Below the pieces are notes generated by a model that ran no database searches, was not told where the DNA came from, and saw nothing but the letters and a program-made list of their open reading frames with translations. Made by a program: the position numbers and the translations under genes. Shown here piece by piece: positions 10,929-24,427 of a DNA stretch of 44,792 nucleotides. This DNA comes from Batkoa obscura. Its lineage: Eukaryota. The stretch lies in assembly GCA_030770535.1 (NCBI GenBank), contig JASVEC010000128.1, positions 1 through 44,792 of the forward strand, written 5' to 3'. The stretch's first letter is position 1, and every line of letters begins with the position of its first letter.

Positions 10929-11776
10929 TTAATAATAAGGTTCATCTAAAAATGAAGAATGTTTAGTTATCAACCCTAAAATGTAAAATAATATTACCAT
11001 TGCCATAATCATCATAATCATTTTCTCCATTATCAAAATAATTTTCTCCATAATCTCCCTCGATTTCATCATCTTCATTATAAACTTCGCCATCTTCTTC
11101 AGGTTCAACTTCTTCTTCTTCCTCCTAAAATAATTTTACATTAACGATTTGTGTTGCATAAAATCATTTTATAAAATTTACTTGATTATCTGTATTATTT
11201 TCCAATGCATCGATACGTTTCATATAATCAATTTTGTACGATTTAACTAAAATAAAATAAAAATTCCAATTAATACTAAATCTAAAATAAAGCCCCTTTT
11301 TAACTTACATATTTTAGTTTTAGTTTTATCAACAACAGAATGTAATTCTGAAGGAAAATAACATAGATCTGTTGTAATATGTGTCAACAATGCCTTTGGA
11401 TCATATTCCAATTCTCTAGTCGAATATTTATCCGAATATCTTTCAATCTTTTGAGTTCTAGACGGCGTTTTTAGATAGGAAGGGGAGGCTTTAAACTCTC
11501 TTAAAATAGCCCGATAATCACGAGTTAGTTTTTTGTTTTTTTCATTTAATTCTAATCGGTTTGGTAAATCTTCAAATAACTAAATAGATTAGTTTCTTTA
11601 AAAAGAATTTTTTTTGATTATTGATTTACTGGATATTTCTCAGGTGGTCCGACTTGATTATAAGCTCCCGCTTCTTGCATTAAATTAATATTATCCCCAG
11701 TAGCAAATTGTCCAAACGCTGGATTTGTTCCTACTCGGCCTCCACCTCGTCCTCTTCCGCCCCGGGATCGATTCAT
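10929..11776 (-). CDS. RPC31: RNA polymerase III subunit Rpc31 (POLR3G)
   Basis: RGG-rich start, ERYSDKY, YFPSEL, acidic tail DYGENYFDNGE...DEPYY*; four short introns; ATG 11776. Confidence 0.88.
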
Positions 11777-12671
11777 TGATTTTGAAATTGCTCTTTTGAG
11801 AGTAAATTGAACTCTAACAACTTTGCAAATTAAATTTGGAAAATTGACAAAGTAATTTGAATCAAACTTGGCCAAGTTATTTTGCAAGGTTGTTTGATTA
11901 ACCAATCAAAGTTAATATCTTGAAGCAGTTTTGGATTGGGATTCAACCCATATTTCTGCTAGTTTAAAAATGTTGAATATAAAGAGTTGATTAAACATAT
12001 ATAATAGATTTGATTTAAAACCTAAAGTACTTTTACTTAAAAAGCAATTTATTGTATTAATGATATAAAATTGTTTGAAAGTATATTATCCTATGGACAA
12101 TGACATTTGAATGAGTAATTAAAAAAAACAATTATTAACTATATTCTACTTGTTTAAAATTCCTTCTTCAAGTTATAAATATATGATAGCTCTTGATAGC
12201 CATATTATTCAATAGCCTCGGTATAATGTCTTAATGTTTTATTTTGGTGTGAAATGCTTCATACTTAAAGGTATCAACGTTGAAGGTTAAAGGAGTTTTT
12301 ATAAAATTCATTATGTTATTTGAAATCATAGTTCATGTTGAAATGTTAAAAGTCGAGATATAATCACAATAGAGTGCATAAATATAATACAATAACAATA
12401 CTGGTATTCGATATTTGAGCTAATCAAAAATCCAAGCTACACCACTTTTACTGTATTTAATTCACTACCAATTATCAATAAAACCATAAGTTAGATATTC
12501 ACCGTTAGTAAAACTCGTTATAATTCCTCTAAGCAGATATGTTAAAATCAAAAATTATACATAAGAAAATGAGAAAATCTTGTTTCTTGTAAATAATGTA
12601 TTAAAATAAACTAAGTTATTAAAAAATGTGTTTTATAATCTATAAATTTAAACGGATATGATATCTATACT

Positions 12672-13115
12672 CTACCACTTAAGTTTGGCTTTAGCACTAA
12701 GTTTCTTTTTAGGTTTGTTAACTATTTTTATATCAGTTTCTTCATCTCCCATTTCTAAATAAAATAAAAGATGAAAATAAATAAAAAATCTAAAAAACAA
12801 AAAACTAATATTACCACTCGAGTTTCCTTTTGTCAATTTCTTTTGTTTTTGTTTTTCAAAAAACTTATTCATAGCAGCTTCTTTCCTAACAATTTTGGAA
12901 CTAATGTTTTTCATTATTTCTTTTCTTTGTTCTTTAGGGTCCAATGGTTCTTCTTCAATAATTTCGGTTGGCCCTTCTTTACCTTCAAAGGAAGTACCTT
13001 CTGCTTGTTTAGCTGCTAATCTTCTAATTCTCTCATCTTCAATTGGTTTATATATCTTTTCTCGACGTACACTTTCATGTTTACGTTTGATTTTAGAGCG
13101 TAAAGATCTGGCCAT
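12672..13115 (-). CDS. LLP homolog / DUF2423-family basic nucleolar protein
   Basis: N-terminus MARSLRSKIKRK, Lys-rich tail ending in KW; probable 60-nt in-frame intron 12814-12755. Confidence 0.8.
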   Translation of the reverse strand: MARSLRSKIKRKHESVRREKIYKPIEDERIRRLAAKQAEGTSFEGKEGPTEIIEEEPLDPKEQRKEIMKNISSKIVRKEAAMNKFFEKQKQKKLTKGNSSGNISFLFFRFFIYFHLLFYLEMGDEETDIKIVNKPKKKLSAKAKLKW

Positions 13116-13433
13116 TTTATTGAATAAAAGAGAAATATTTTTTAATTAATTTTTATTAAAGTAGGATTTGAAAAACCTCTAAAATTAGGTTTGATTGGTT
13201 AAATTGAAGTTTGTTCAAAACTGGCATTGGTTTTATAAAGATACCCCAAATAGAACTTTAATTCTTATTGTTTATAATAGTCAAGTATTTAGACTACTGA
13301 TACTTTTATAAAGTGAAGTAAAAAAGTAAATAAAAACATACAATAAAGCTTTTAGAGATTGAAGTGTATTTTTATAATTTTTTGAAATCTTTTCAGTATA
13401 CCTTAAAAGATATTAATACTACAGTCAGAGTAT

Positions 13434-13532
13434 GAGGATGTATTTTTGTGTTTAAGAATTTTACTAACAAATTTTCTGCTTAAATAGTGCTTAAAAAATG
13501 GAAAAAATAATGAAGTCAAAAAAAACACTCCC
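13434..13532 (+). mobile_element. ~99-bp MITE copy (near consensus)
   Basis: GAGGATGT...ACACTCCC; flanks GTAT/ATAT. Confidence 0.92.
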
Positions 13533-13799
13533 ATATAAATAGCTACATATGTTATCATTTGAATTATTCTATTTGATACTTTTATAAATATAAATACAAC
13601 CCCCCTTTGCCATTAAAAGTAGGGCTGTAAATATCTTGTTATATACAACTATTTAGAACAGTTCAATGAACTATACTTTTAATACTTCACATTAAATTAA
13701 TAAAACTTTATTATTAAATTAGATGAGTTTTAAATTTTCAATCAACTTATATTAATTTGGATTAGTTGATTAATTGAAAATATAATAACTTCTCGTTAT

Positions 13800-14130
13800 T
13801 AGCAAACGCATTTTCGCTTAATTTTTTAATAAAATCCTTTTTATTTATTACAGTATTTTTTTCAAAAAGTAATCTCCATATAATACAATGTATTAGATAT
13901 CCGATTTACTCTTCAATTATCTAGTTTTACCACCTTTAATATTATTTCCAATATCAAAATAAAATATTATAAATGATTGTCACAAAACTTACCATATTAC
14001 ATGTCTGGGTTTCGTTACACGAAATATAACTTCTCAGATTAAAAGCTGACACAATGGAATTAGATTATACCCCCAAAGTATAGTTTTCTTTTCCTACATC
14101 ATTTGCCTCTTTTTCCGTTTTCTTTTGTTA
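13800..14130 (-). mobile_element. Possible decayed Tc1/mariner transposase fragment
   Basis: Minus strand TILWGII*FHCVS (like VMVWGxI..GV) and KSDI*YIVLWRLL (weakly like SPDLNPIExLW); heavily broken. Confidence 0.25.
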
Positions 14131-16004
14131 TTCAATTTTTTTGTAACTTCAATTTCTGCTAACAGCAAACCACTCGGGAGCTTTGGCCATTTAAGCTTTA
14201 AATACATGATAAAATAAAATATCTAAAAGAACTAATTGGAAGATTCATGGTTGTAAGTCGCAAGGGATTTGAAGCCTTTAAGCTCAGTAACGCACTAAGT
14301 GGAGAGTTAATATAAGGTAAAGTAAGGTAAGATCAATATTTGGCCAATAGAAGTGGAGACTTTTAAAACCTTCCTAAACAAACATAAGATAGATAGTATA
14401 ATTTGAATTAAATTAACTATATTAATGTAACTAATAAAGGCTAAGAGTATAATTCCTTTTAGGAAGTAATTGAAAAAAATTCTCAATGAAGAGAAATTTT
14501 AGAGGAAAAGATTCAATCACTTATGTACCTTTTATAAGTAAAAAATGCGTTAATTACCTATATTTTATGTTCATATCTAATATATATCATCAAAATTAGT
14601 AATGACCTTAGTATTAGTCTTTTTTACATCATTTTCCAAAACGCATTTAAATTACATTGAACCTCATTCAACCATAGTATTAGATTTCGGAGAGTAGGCG
14701 ATCTAATTAGTAGCCTTGACAGTACCTAGTATTGTCAGCCTTAGTATTGTTTACAATATTAAACTAAAATACTATAAAGGAATTAGTAGCAAGAAACTAA
14801 TATCCCAAATACTAAACACATAAAATCGTGCCGATCGATACAAGAAAAATAAGTACTAATTTTTGTGATATAAAGTAGGAGGTGTTCAAGCTCAAAGGGT
14901 TGCTAGCACAAAGATATCAGATTTTAATATATTGAGGTAAAAATGATACAAATGCTCGAATTCGTTGTATACTCAAAGTTGTTGGTAATCTATATAACGA
15001 AAAAATGAGATAAATCAAATAACTTAGAGATTTTAATTTCTATACTAATTCTTTTATCGACTATGAAATAAAGCATATTTGCAGACAATACAAGAGTTAG
15101 ACCTTTTAGTACATAATTTTCATAGTGGAGATTTTATCAAGCTTTTTAGAGGTAGTGAACAATGAATAGGAAGATATCATAGAAGCGGATTCAAATATAT
15201 ATTTATTGGTCCATAGATTAAGTAAAAGCTCAAATACATAAATTGGTATACTATGTACATAAATGTTCTACTTATGGCACTCGTTTTAATGTAAAGTTCT
15301 TTATCTAAGTCAAGCGAACAATTAGTGGTTATAAATTTATATGGGAGCGTCTTTTCTAATTTTTTTATACATATTTTATGTAACGTAAACTTATAAAGCG
15401 TTGCTAGTTGTAATAAAATAAAAAGATATCTTAGCATATTCGTTTTTGTAAAGTACACAATTATCGAAAATCTCAATACTTTACATGTTCTAAGATTTGT
15501 ATATCTTTTCTATTTTACCGCTTTGTTATTTCATAGCTCTTAAGAACATGTTTGGTTTCTCAACTTAGAACCTTATTTTAAAAGCTAGGTGATATGTTAT
15601 AACTTTTGAGGAAATTAAGTTTATTTCAAGACTTTTAATATTTCATACTATGTACGGTCTAAATAACAGCCCATAAAGTCTAAAAATAATATAAAATCCA
15701 TAATACCTCTAAGTTATATAGTAAGTTAATATATTTTATAAATTTGTATAGTACAAAAATAAATGAATAAGAACTAAATATTTTAAAACTTTAAACTATA
15801 TAAGGAAATAGAGGCTATACTATAACTTGGTTGAATTGATTTAGAACCAAAAAATAGAATCTTCATTAATTGGTCGATTCACTAAACAGGCTATAAAGTT
15901 GTTCCTTGTAATCTTTTGTTAAGCCACATAATTTAAAAAACTATAGGAACAACAAACTACTATATAATCCATATTATTTCATTCTTTCTCTTTTGAAGAT
16001 TCAA

Positions 16005-18496
16005 ATGGATCCAAGGAAACCCCATGATCTACACTATAATGCCTATGAAGGTAGTAGTAGCACACAAAATATACAGAGTTATCAATTACAGCGTCCTAGA
16101 AATAGTATAGTTCAAGGGCCTCAAGATAATTTTAGGACGGGCTATATAAGAGAAAAAAATATAGCACCTTCAACTAAGAGGGAAGTGTCGACCATCAAAA
16201 ATATTAATTTACTCTATGATATTAGAGAAAGAGATTTTTATTTCAAGATTAGGAAAAGATTTAACATCAAACCTCATATCAATAACTTTTGCAAAAGATA
16301 TCTAAATATGGAAGATCCAATACACTTTGAGCCAAAATTAAATGGTAAACTATTTTTAACCACAGTTGCTTATTTACATTATTTAGATACTTACAATGAG
16401 TTTCCACGTGCTTCCAGTTACTATAGAAACATACATAATGAAACCGCACCAAGGATAGAATACAAAGACAATTATGGGTATTCTCCAAATTATCAAAACT
16501 CCGGCCACAGTCAACACCATCAAGTAGGAAATTTCAATGACACTCCTTATGTTTATAACAAGCAACATATTCCTGCCAATGTCCCACCCAAAGACGTTGG
16601 ACCGTTTAATTCACTCCCAGAGAAAAATTATAACGCACAAGGAAATAGCCTAAATGAAAGAGCTTATAATGGTAGCGATAAGTATTATTTAAAAACGAAA
16701 GATCACGTTCTTCCAAATTCTGAAGTAAAGTTTGTTGAACCGCGTCACATGCCTCATCGTCCTGAGAGTATAAGCAATGCGGAACACCATCAATCAAGAC
16801 AAACCATATCAAGATTTTCAGAAAGATCTATAAGCCAAGATACTGGATACGAAAATATACAACTAAATAAATCATCAGAACAAAAGGAGTTATTTTTTAA
16901 GCCCCCTGAATTAACAAAGCCATTGACATTTAAACCTGCCAAAAAAATGATACAGTTACCTCAGCCTCAGTATTACTTGCAATCGTTTTCTGAGAATAAA
17001 GTTAACAAACCAAATCGCTCTTCTAGTCCCAGTTGGGACAGAATTGAATCAGAACAAATGCTATATCAAAAGTCAAAGCCTAATGATGCTCAGTATAATA
17101 GTAAATCTCGTCATATAATAACGCGAAGTACCAATCCTGCTCCTTTAGCTTTAAATAGTAATGTTAGCAATGTTAGCAATGTCAACAACTCAATAGAAGT
17201 CCAAACAAATAGGAGTGTTAGTAAAGGTTCAAACTTCAAGGAAGGACTTTCTGGCAGCACCTTTTCAAAAAGTGTTAGTAAAGAAATTTCGGATAATGAA
17301 ACCAGTGCTGAATCTAAAACATCACCAGCTGTAATAAATAAGCCGAAAGATTTGAAAGTCAGAAAAACAGGCAGCGAAAGTAACAGTGAAAAAAATAACG
17401 AAGTAAACGATAATGGTAGACTGACTAATAAGAACAAAAAATATAAAATGTCGCCAAACGAGGAAACTGATAAGAGAAGTAATTAATTTTTAATTGAAAT
17501 ATATTTATATGATTTTAAACCGCTTTAGATATTGAATCTGATGATTCTAAAGATGTAATTAAACAAACTAAAAATAGTGAAATTAAAGATGATTCCTTAA
17601 AAGATAGATATATTTCAATCAATTCAGCGGGGTTTGATATTGAAACAATGATTAAGAAATTTGAGGAGAGAGGTGTTCCATTGAACTTATATCGTGATAC
17701 TAACGACCAAGTAATTGATTGGAGCAGACTAACTGTGCCCGAGAATGTATGGTTTGAAGCCTATGGTGAGTTCACTTGCCTTATGCTTAGTAAACATCCA
17801 AAGTTAAAAAATAAGCCACTAGTTACATTTAGTGCGATTATTCAATTAAAATGCAGGGAACACGGTATACACATAACTTTTTCGGAACTAGCTAGTTTAG
17901 TCAAATCTAGCCGTAGTGAAATAGGAACCGCATATAAAGTAATTTCATCACTTTCTGATTTTAAAAAACCAGCAATGGTCATTTGTAATGAAGAAGAATC
18001 TTGTCTTCGTTGGTGCTCAGCATTAAATCTTCCAGCTCCAATTACTCAAGCTGTAGTTGAATTATATGCTGATGCTAAGAGGCTATCTATCGCACCTGCA
18101 CGATCTGTAAATAGTATGGGAGCTGCATGTATTTGGTTTGTAATCAGCTCTTATAATAAGGCCATTAGTAAATATTCAATAAAGTTTGATAAGCCCAGAT
18201 TACCTATTATTGATATCACAATTGCTTCAATCTCTGATGTGACTGGAATGGTATCTTTTACTGTACAATCTGGTGCACGTTTATTAAATCCAGTTAAAGA
18301 TGAAGTTTTAAGTAATGAGAAACTTTATAGAATTATGGATGAAATGGGGTTGCTTTATAAACCTGAAGATTTGCCTGATTTCGGGGAGTCGGAACATTTA
18401 AAGGTTCCCGAAGATTCAAAAGTTGGTTCTAGTCAAACCAGCTCTCCTAAGTCTGAAAGTCAATTAAATCCTCCTATTTTACCTTCTGAACACTAA
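16005..18496 (+). CDS. Divergent TFIIB-like protein (~813 aa): long low-complexity N-terminus and C-terminal TFIIB cyclin folds
   Basis: Intron 17479-17528 joins the two ORFs in frame. SAIIQLKCREHGIHITFSELASLVKSSRSEIGTAYKVI and RWCSALNLP...ARSVNSMGAACIW parallel TFIIB core repeats 1 and 2. Confidence 0.8.
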
Positions 18497-18953
18497 ATCT
18501 GATATATCGAAATACGTCATTGAAAAAGAGACGTATTTTTTATCAGTTGATACTTCATATAGTTTTTATATTTAAATCTTACTATTGACTGTAGGTTTAT
18601 TTTAATAACTTTTATATATTAATAAAATACATGCTCTTAACTATTTCGACTGATTTATTTTTACTAAACTTTACATCAAACAGTATTTTAGTCAAAAGTA
18701 GGTTTTATTAGTGTTTATTTCTATGATATAATAACCAGGGTTTTAGATAATTATAAAGATATAGATGATAAAATTAAATTTTACAAGTATACTAGAAACA
18801 CTAGTTTAGGATAATATAAATAATAATTACAACTATTCGTCATTTTAGTGCTAAATATGATTTAAATTTTAAAACGTTTTATCACTAAAAAGATTACAAT
18901 TGAAATTATTATATCATTATAAAATCAATTCTTTGAAAATAATTACTTGAGCT

Positions 18954-19041
18954 AAAAATAAAAATAAAAATAAGAATAAAAAATAAAAAATAAAAAATAA
19001 AAAATAAAAAATAAAAACAAAAACAAAAACAAAAAATAAAA
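18954..19041. repeat. A-rich microsatellite (AAAAAT/AAAAAAT/AAAAAC)n
   Basis: Direct inspection. Confidence 0.85.
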
Positions 19042-19650
19042 TTGATATAACCTGTTACATAATAATATTGTGGTAATTATGCACTTGTAACTAATAAATA
19101 TCACATATTAACCATCTCTGATTTAAACCATGACATAGAAAATACGATTAGCTAATATGATATAAGATATTTAAATCAAAACTAGAAATTTAAGAATATT
19201 AAATATTAAATTAAAATAAAATGTTTAACTATTATTTATTTCATAACTAAATATAATCTTTAGGTAGTTAAATACTCAATTATAAGGCTAAAAGTGGAAT
19301 TAAATAAACTTTACTTAAATTGTATTATTCAAATAAACATAACGCTATTGCATAGTTTGATAAACTATATAACATCAAATCAAATACTACACAACTTAGT
19401 AATATTTTATAAACTTACAAATGATAGTCCAAAGGAATTTTGTAAAACCTATTGCTTAAAATTTTCCTATTTATTTAAATCAAACCGTATCTCATTTTAT
19501 AATATAAATCTCGGGTGTTTTTTCGTATTGTTAAACAATTTAAGCTAATAAATATATTTATACGAATTTGTAGTAGATTTAAATTAATTTAAAATTTAAC
19601 TCAAAGAGGACATTTTTCTCCTTTCTAACTAACTGTAGTAAACTTTATAT

Positions 19651-19745
19651 GGGAATGTGTTTTTTTATCTAAGAACTTTACTAATAATCTTTCCTCTCAA
19701 ATACTACTTAAAAATATAAAAGTAATGAAATCAAAAAATATCTCC
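19651..19745 (+). mobile_element. Diverged MITE copy
   Basis: Consensus core; ATAT TSD. Confidence 0.82.
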
Positions 19746-21970
19746 ATATGCTATGTGAGAAACTTTAAGTTTTAAAAATGGTTTAAGTGAGTAATAATAA
19801 TAAAATCGAAGGCTTATGTTTGTTAATGTTCACACCTTTGGAACTCCTTTCTATTCTATTGCTTTAATAAAATATTAAAACTCATAAATTTTATATTTCA
19901 TGAAGTCTATTTTAATTTCTAAACTTTATATGATACTAATATTAAGAATCTTAGTATACTATATATTTTACATGTGAGGGAAGAAATATTGCAGAGAGAT
20001 GTTGAATAAATAAGCTGTGATTCGATCTATACTAAAAGAAAACTAAGCCTAATGGTAATAATATCAAGATGATAGATCTTTTGTAAAAAGAATCATCATG
20101 TTATTTTTATCTAATCTTCAAGTCAACTTGTTTGTTCATTTTTTTAATATTAATATTTTATTTTTATTTCAATAGATTATCACTTGATAGTCGGATTATA
20201 AAAATCAAGATTAATGTGTAAGCTAAGTCTATATATTATTTTTAATAGAAATACAGTCTATAAATAAATATTTAACCAAGAACAAAGTTTCTTATATAGA
20301 ACATTTAGAAAGTTCTAACTAATAGACATATGAACAGAAGCGGTATAATTTAATATTAACACCTGAATGGAGAGCTTTTGCTATTTACAAGATATTCAAT
20401 ATGAAGAGTCAACTGTGATAAACTTAACTATCAATTGATTTTAGATTTACTTTTGAGTAATCAATAAAATTGAATTGAAATTAGTACAATTTGTAATTAA
20501 ATTAGCTTATTACATAATTAAAATATGCTAAAATTAGATTACCCAAGGTTAAAGTAATTAAGCTTAAATTCCTCTTAATTTTTTTAGGTTACCCAGAGAT
20601 TAGTCCTAAAAAGCTAAGCGCAGCTTTTTGCATATTAGCTAAAGTTAGAAACATGTGTTATTTAAGGTTGGCTTTGGGCCTAAAATGGATTTGATGGTTA
20701 AAAATAACCCGAATGGCTTTTTCCGTTATTTTCGGGTCTATCTTTTTCCAGTTGATTTTGCATAAATCATTGCGTGATTTCATTTAAAAAATAAGAAAAT
20801 CGGTAATAGATATAAAGTTTGTTGGTTTTTTGGAACATCTGACAGGAAATAGGGTTAACTAAAATTTGACAATGTTGGTTTCTCAAACAAAACATGAATA
20901 TCCTCCAATAAACTTCCAAGCAATGAAAATTGGAAGTTTCTTATTTGCTTCGTATATTGAAAATAATTTTACTATTACTAAAATAAAAGATAACATTCCT
21001 TAATTGAGGATAATATTTACATTGAATTTATAATTAATTGCGTTGCAATTTCCTGTCTTATGCATCTAGAACTTTAATCAATTTTGCATAAACTATTTCG
21101 GACTTGCAATTTTTCTATATCGGTATCGCTGTTCCGAGCCAAGGATAGGGGCAATTTCAAAAAAATCTTTAATAGATTCAATGTTTTTTTACTTTTTAAA
21201 ACTTTCATTTATCATTAAAGCTTAAATAATTTGATAAAAGATATGTTACTTCAGTTTTAATATATCTATATTAAAATCAAGTTTAAGGTATAAATTTAAT
21301 AGTATTTACCTTGAAATAGACTGTGATCTTACTAAATTTAATATTAATTTTGGTTGATTTAATTGGTTCCGATAAGGTTTACTCTTTTCAAGCTAAGTTT
21401 TTCCGCAGAACCTTCCTAAACTTTAAAAAACTTTGCACGGATTTCTAACAATGATTGGAGAATGAAATCATTAATTTAATTTATTTATTCTAATAGTCGG
21501 GTATAATGAATAAAGTAAACTTTAGCTTAAACTGTGATATGTTCAATTTATTACTAATAACTAAAGTATAAATAACAATGTAAAAACATATAAATATGAG
21601 TTCAAAAATCTTTATTGTAATTTAATTTTAATTTTTAATTAGATCTACTAATATAAATCATTGATACTCTCAATTCATTCAACGGTCCAATATTTATATT
21701 CAATTGAGTAAGAAAGAGAAAATCTTCCTAATAAAGTTCACTTCTGGAAATCAATTTCTAACCACCCCAGTGATAAACTTTTATATCAAACTGAAACAAA
21801 GCATACTTCATTAATAATCTCATTAATCAACTTTCATTTTCATTCTTTGTTATTATATTCATTGACTAACTCGAAAGAAGTCTATCATTCTTATTAATCT
21901 GTATCTGATATCATAACAATAATTCTTTATAACCTCATTCCATCCTATAACTTCTTTCAACTCTATCAAT

Positions 21971-23164
21971 ATGAGCTTCAAATTGTCTTTCAACAAAAGT
22001 CCACTCTTATCACCAACAACTACTAGCTTAGATGTAATTCCCCCTTCACCGCTAAAGTCAAAAAACAACAATAGAGCCTCATTTCCTTCACTAGATCGTT
22101 TCAAGCTTAAAAGTTATAATTCCACTTCAACTTTTTCCACATCAGATGAATCATCAGAAGGTACGGTTTCAAGTGTACCATCACGATTTGTTTTCAACAC
22201 AGTGAATCCCAAATCAATGAAAAAGAATAAGCTTAAAGCACCACGTCTGTATCGTCCAAAGAAATATTTAAAACGTCAACCAAAAGAAGTGAGTTCTTTA
22301 CCACATCAATTACAAATTTTATTTGAAAGAGGTACTACCCCACTTTCTAATAATTACCAGCTCCTTAATCGTAAATTGGGGGATGGTGCTATGGGTAGCG
22401 TTTATTTAGTTCAACGTAAAAGTGATAAAAAATTATTTGCAGCAAAGTTACATACTAAAGACTCTCCCCAGTTAACACAGGCTCAATACCTTCAACAAAT
22501 AGCTGATGAAGTGATAATAGCTTCTTCATTACATCATGATCATATTATTAGTACTTTAGATTTTGTCAGCAATGGTCCAAGGTATATGACGATTATGGAA
22601 TATTGCCCAACCGATTTATTCGATCTTATCAAAACTGAAAAATTCGATACTGCCCAATTGGATACTTACTTCGTACAATTGTTACTAGGAGTTTATCATA
22701 TGCATTCTCATGGTATCGCACATCGCGATCTTAAATTAGAAAATTTATGTATTGATAAACAAGGCAAATTAAAAATTATCGATTTTGGATGTGCTAATGA
22801 GTTCCGTGGCCCATTTGAACAAAACTGTAATTCAGTAGCTGGTATTTATGGTTCAGATCCTTATATTGCTCCAGAAGTTTGGAGTGGAAGGTCCTATGAT
22901 CCTGAAAAAGCTGATTTATGGTCTATAGCTATCATCTATGTTGCTTTACATTCTGGTATATTTTTATGGGATAAAGCTATAAAGGACGATAAGCGTTATG
23001 AAAGATTTCCTACTCATGTTGATTCTATCTTTGAAAAGTATAAGATTCCTAGCCATGCTAGATCTATACTAAAACGCTTATTAGATCCAAATCCATATAC
23101 TCGTGCTAATATCCAAGAAGTCATGTGTCAAGAATGGATTCATCAAATCTTAATTGGAATTTAG
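21971..23164 (+). CDS. Ser/Thr protein kinase, fungal HAL/NPR (Hrk1/Ptk2/Sat4-like) family
   Basis: GDGAMG, AAK, IASSLHHDHII, HRDLKLEN, DFG, GSDPYIAPE, DLWS; Ser-rich N-terminus; intronless. Confidence 0.93.
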   Translation: MSFKLSFNKSPLLSPTTTSLDVIPPSPLKSKNNNRASFPSLDRFKLKSYNSTSTFSTSDESSEGTVSSVPSRFVFNTVNPKSMKKNKLKAPRLYRPKKYLKRQPKEVSSLPHQLQILFERGTTPLSNNYQLLNRKLGDGAMGSVYLVQRKSDKKLFAAKLHTKDSPQLTQAQYLQQIADEVIIASSLHHDHIISTLDFVSNGPRYMTIMEYCPTDLFDLIKTEKFDTAQLDTYFVQLLLGVYHMHSHGIAHRDLKLENLCIDKQGKLKIIDFGCANEFRGPFEQNCNSVAGIYGSDPYIAPEVWSGRSYDPEKADLWSIAIIYVALHSGIFLWDKAIKDDKRYERFPTHVDSIFEKYKIPSHARSILKRLLDPNPYTRANIQEVMCQEWIHQILIGI

Positions 23165-23854
23165 TTTGTTATATTATTATTGTACTAACCCATATTGTAA
23201 TTTTATATCGTTAAAGCTCCTAATTATAACTAGCTTTATACGACTATTTATTTAAGTTCATCATATATAAATAAACATTGTTTTATAGACAATAAAAATA
23301 ATAAATTTTCTGCTTTTTTTCATAACTTTTATTAATATTACAATATTGAAAATATTTAATTACTAAACAGGTTTAAAAAAATAACTTTTTATTCAACACT
23401 CTCAGGTATGTATTTTCTAAAAAAAACCGTAAATTACCTTTTCTCCCCCTATCAACTCCTATCATTAAAAAACTTCCTTTTTGTTTTCAAGGATTGTTCC
23501 TACAATCAATTTGCCCTTCTTTAACCCTCTTTCTAGTTTGATTAATAAACAAACAATGTAAAAATTACCCTCAAAAAAAGTGTAGTAATTAGTAATAACC
23601 AGGATTTAGCAAAAATTAATTAGTAATAATAAAAACTAATTACAGAATGTGGAGTTCTATTCTTAAGTAGTACTTCAAGTTGTGTCTTTGTTTGAACATT
23701 TTATAAGTTTATGCCATAAAATTTATTTTTTAGTCTAAAAATAAATTAAAAAACTAACTTCATTTAACAAATGCAATGATTACAAATCTTCTATGACCTT
23801 TATAGCTGCTCATTTTAGAATAAAATTAGGTCAAATTTAGTTAAATATAAAGCT

Positions 23855-23941
23855 AGGGTTTTTTTTGACTTTACTTTTTCCATTTTTTAAGTGCTATTAA
23901 GTGAAAAAATTGTAAATTTTTGAATAAAAAAATATATTACT
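23855..23941 (-). mobile_element. Diverged MITE copy, left arm of an inverted pair
   Basis: Consensus core; abuts ATAT 23942-23945. Confidence 0.78.
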
Positions 23942-23945
23942 ATAT

Positions 23946-24037
23946 GGGGATGTATTTTTTTGTTTAAGAAATTTACAATCTTTTCACTCAAATAGCGCTT
24001 GAAAAATGGAAAAAGTGAAGTCAAAAAAAACAGCCTT
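23946..24037 (+). mobile_element. MITE copy, right arm of an inverted pair
   Basis: GGGGATGT start; flanks ATAT/ATGT. Confidence 0.87.
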
Positions 24038-24427
24038 ATGTTTTATAATTTCTATAAATATTTCCTTGATCTAATTTGGTTCTATTTCTAATCACCTTTC
24101 TTACCACTTCCGATTGATTTACTTCCAGTTGGGATGTTATTGTAATCTCATTAATTTGAGATAAAGATCGAGTAATATAGTAATTTTTATTTGTCATATT
24201 GTTATGTTAATTTACATTTCCATTCAATAACATATTTTGTACATGATGTCATATTTACATATATACTATCAATCACTTGTATAGTTACTTCGTATCTATA
24301 ATATTTTTCAATAACATTGATTGTCTCTTATAATATTCCCTTTAGGATGTTGTATAGTTTTATTAAAAATCTTAGATTTAGTCTCTTCTATATCATTTAA
24401 ATTACCAATTCTGCCTATTTTCAATAT

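Noticed and set aside
14200..15500. Slightly GC-richer interval including ORF 15177-15476
   Set aside because: No recognisable motif, repeat boundary or second copy; possibly an old TE relic, but unsupported.
16279..17437. Antisense ORFs over real genes (also 12771, 12895, 21859, 42786, 43403, 30344)
   Set aside because: Shadow frames of coding sequence with no independent motifs.
19294..19548. 84-aa GTG-start ORF
   Set aside because: No ATG, AT-rich intergenic composition, no motif.
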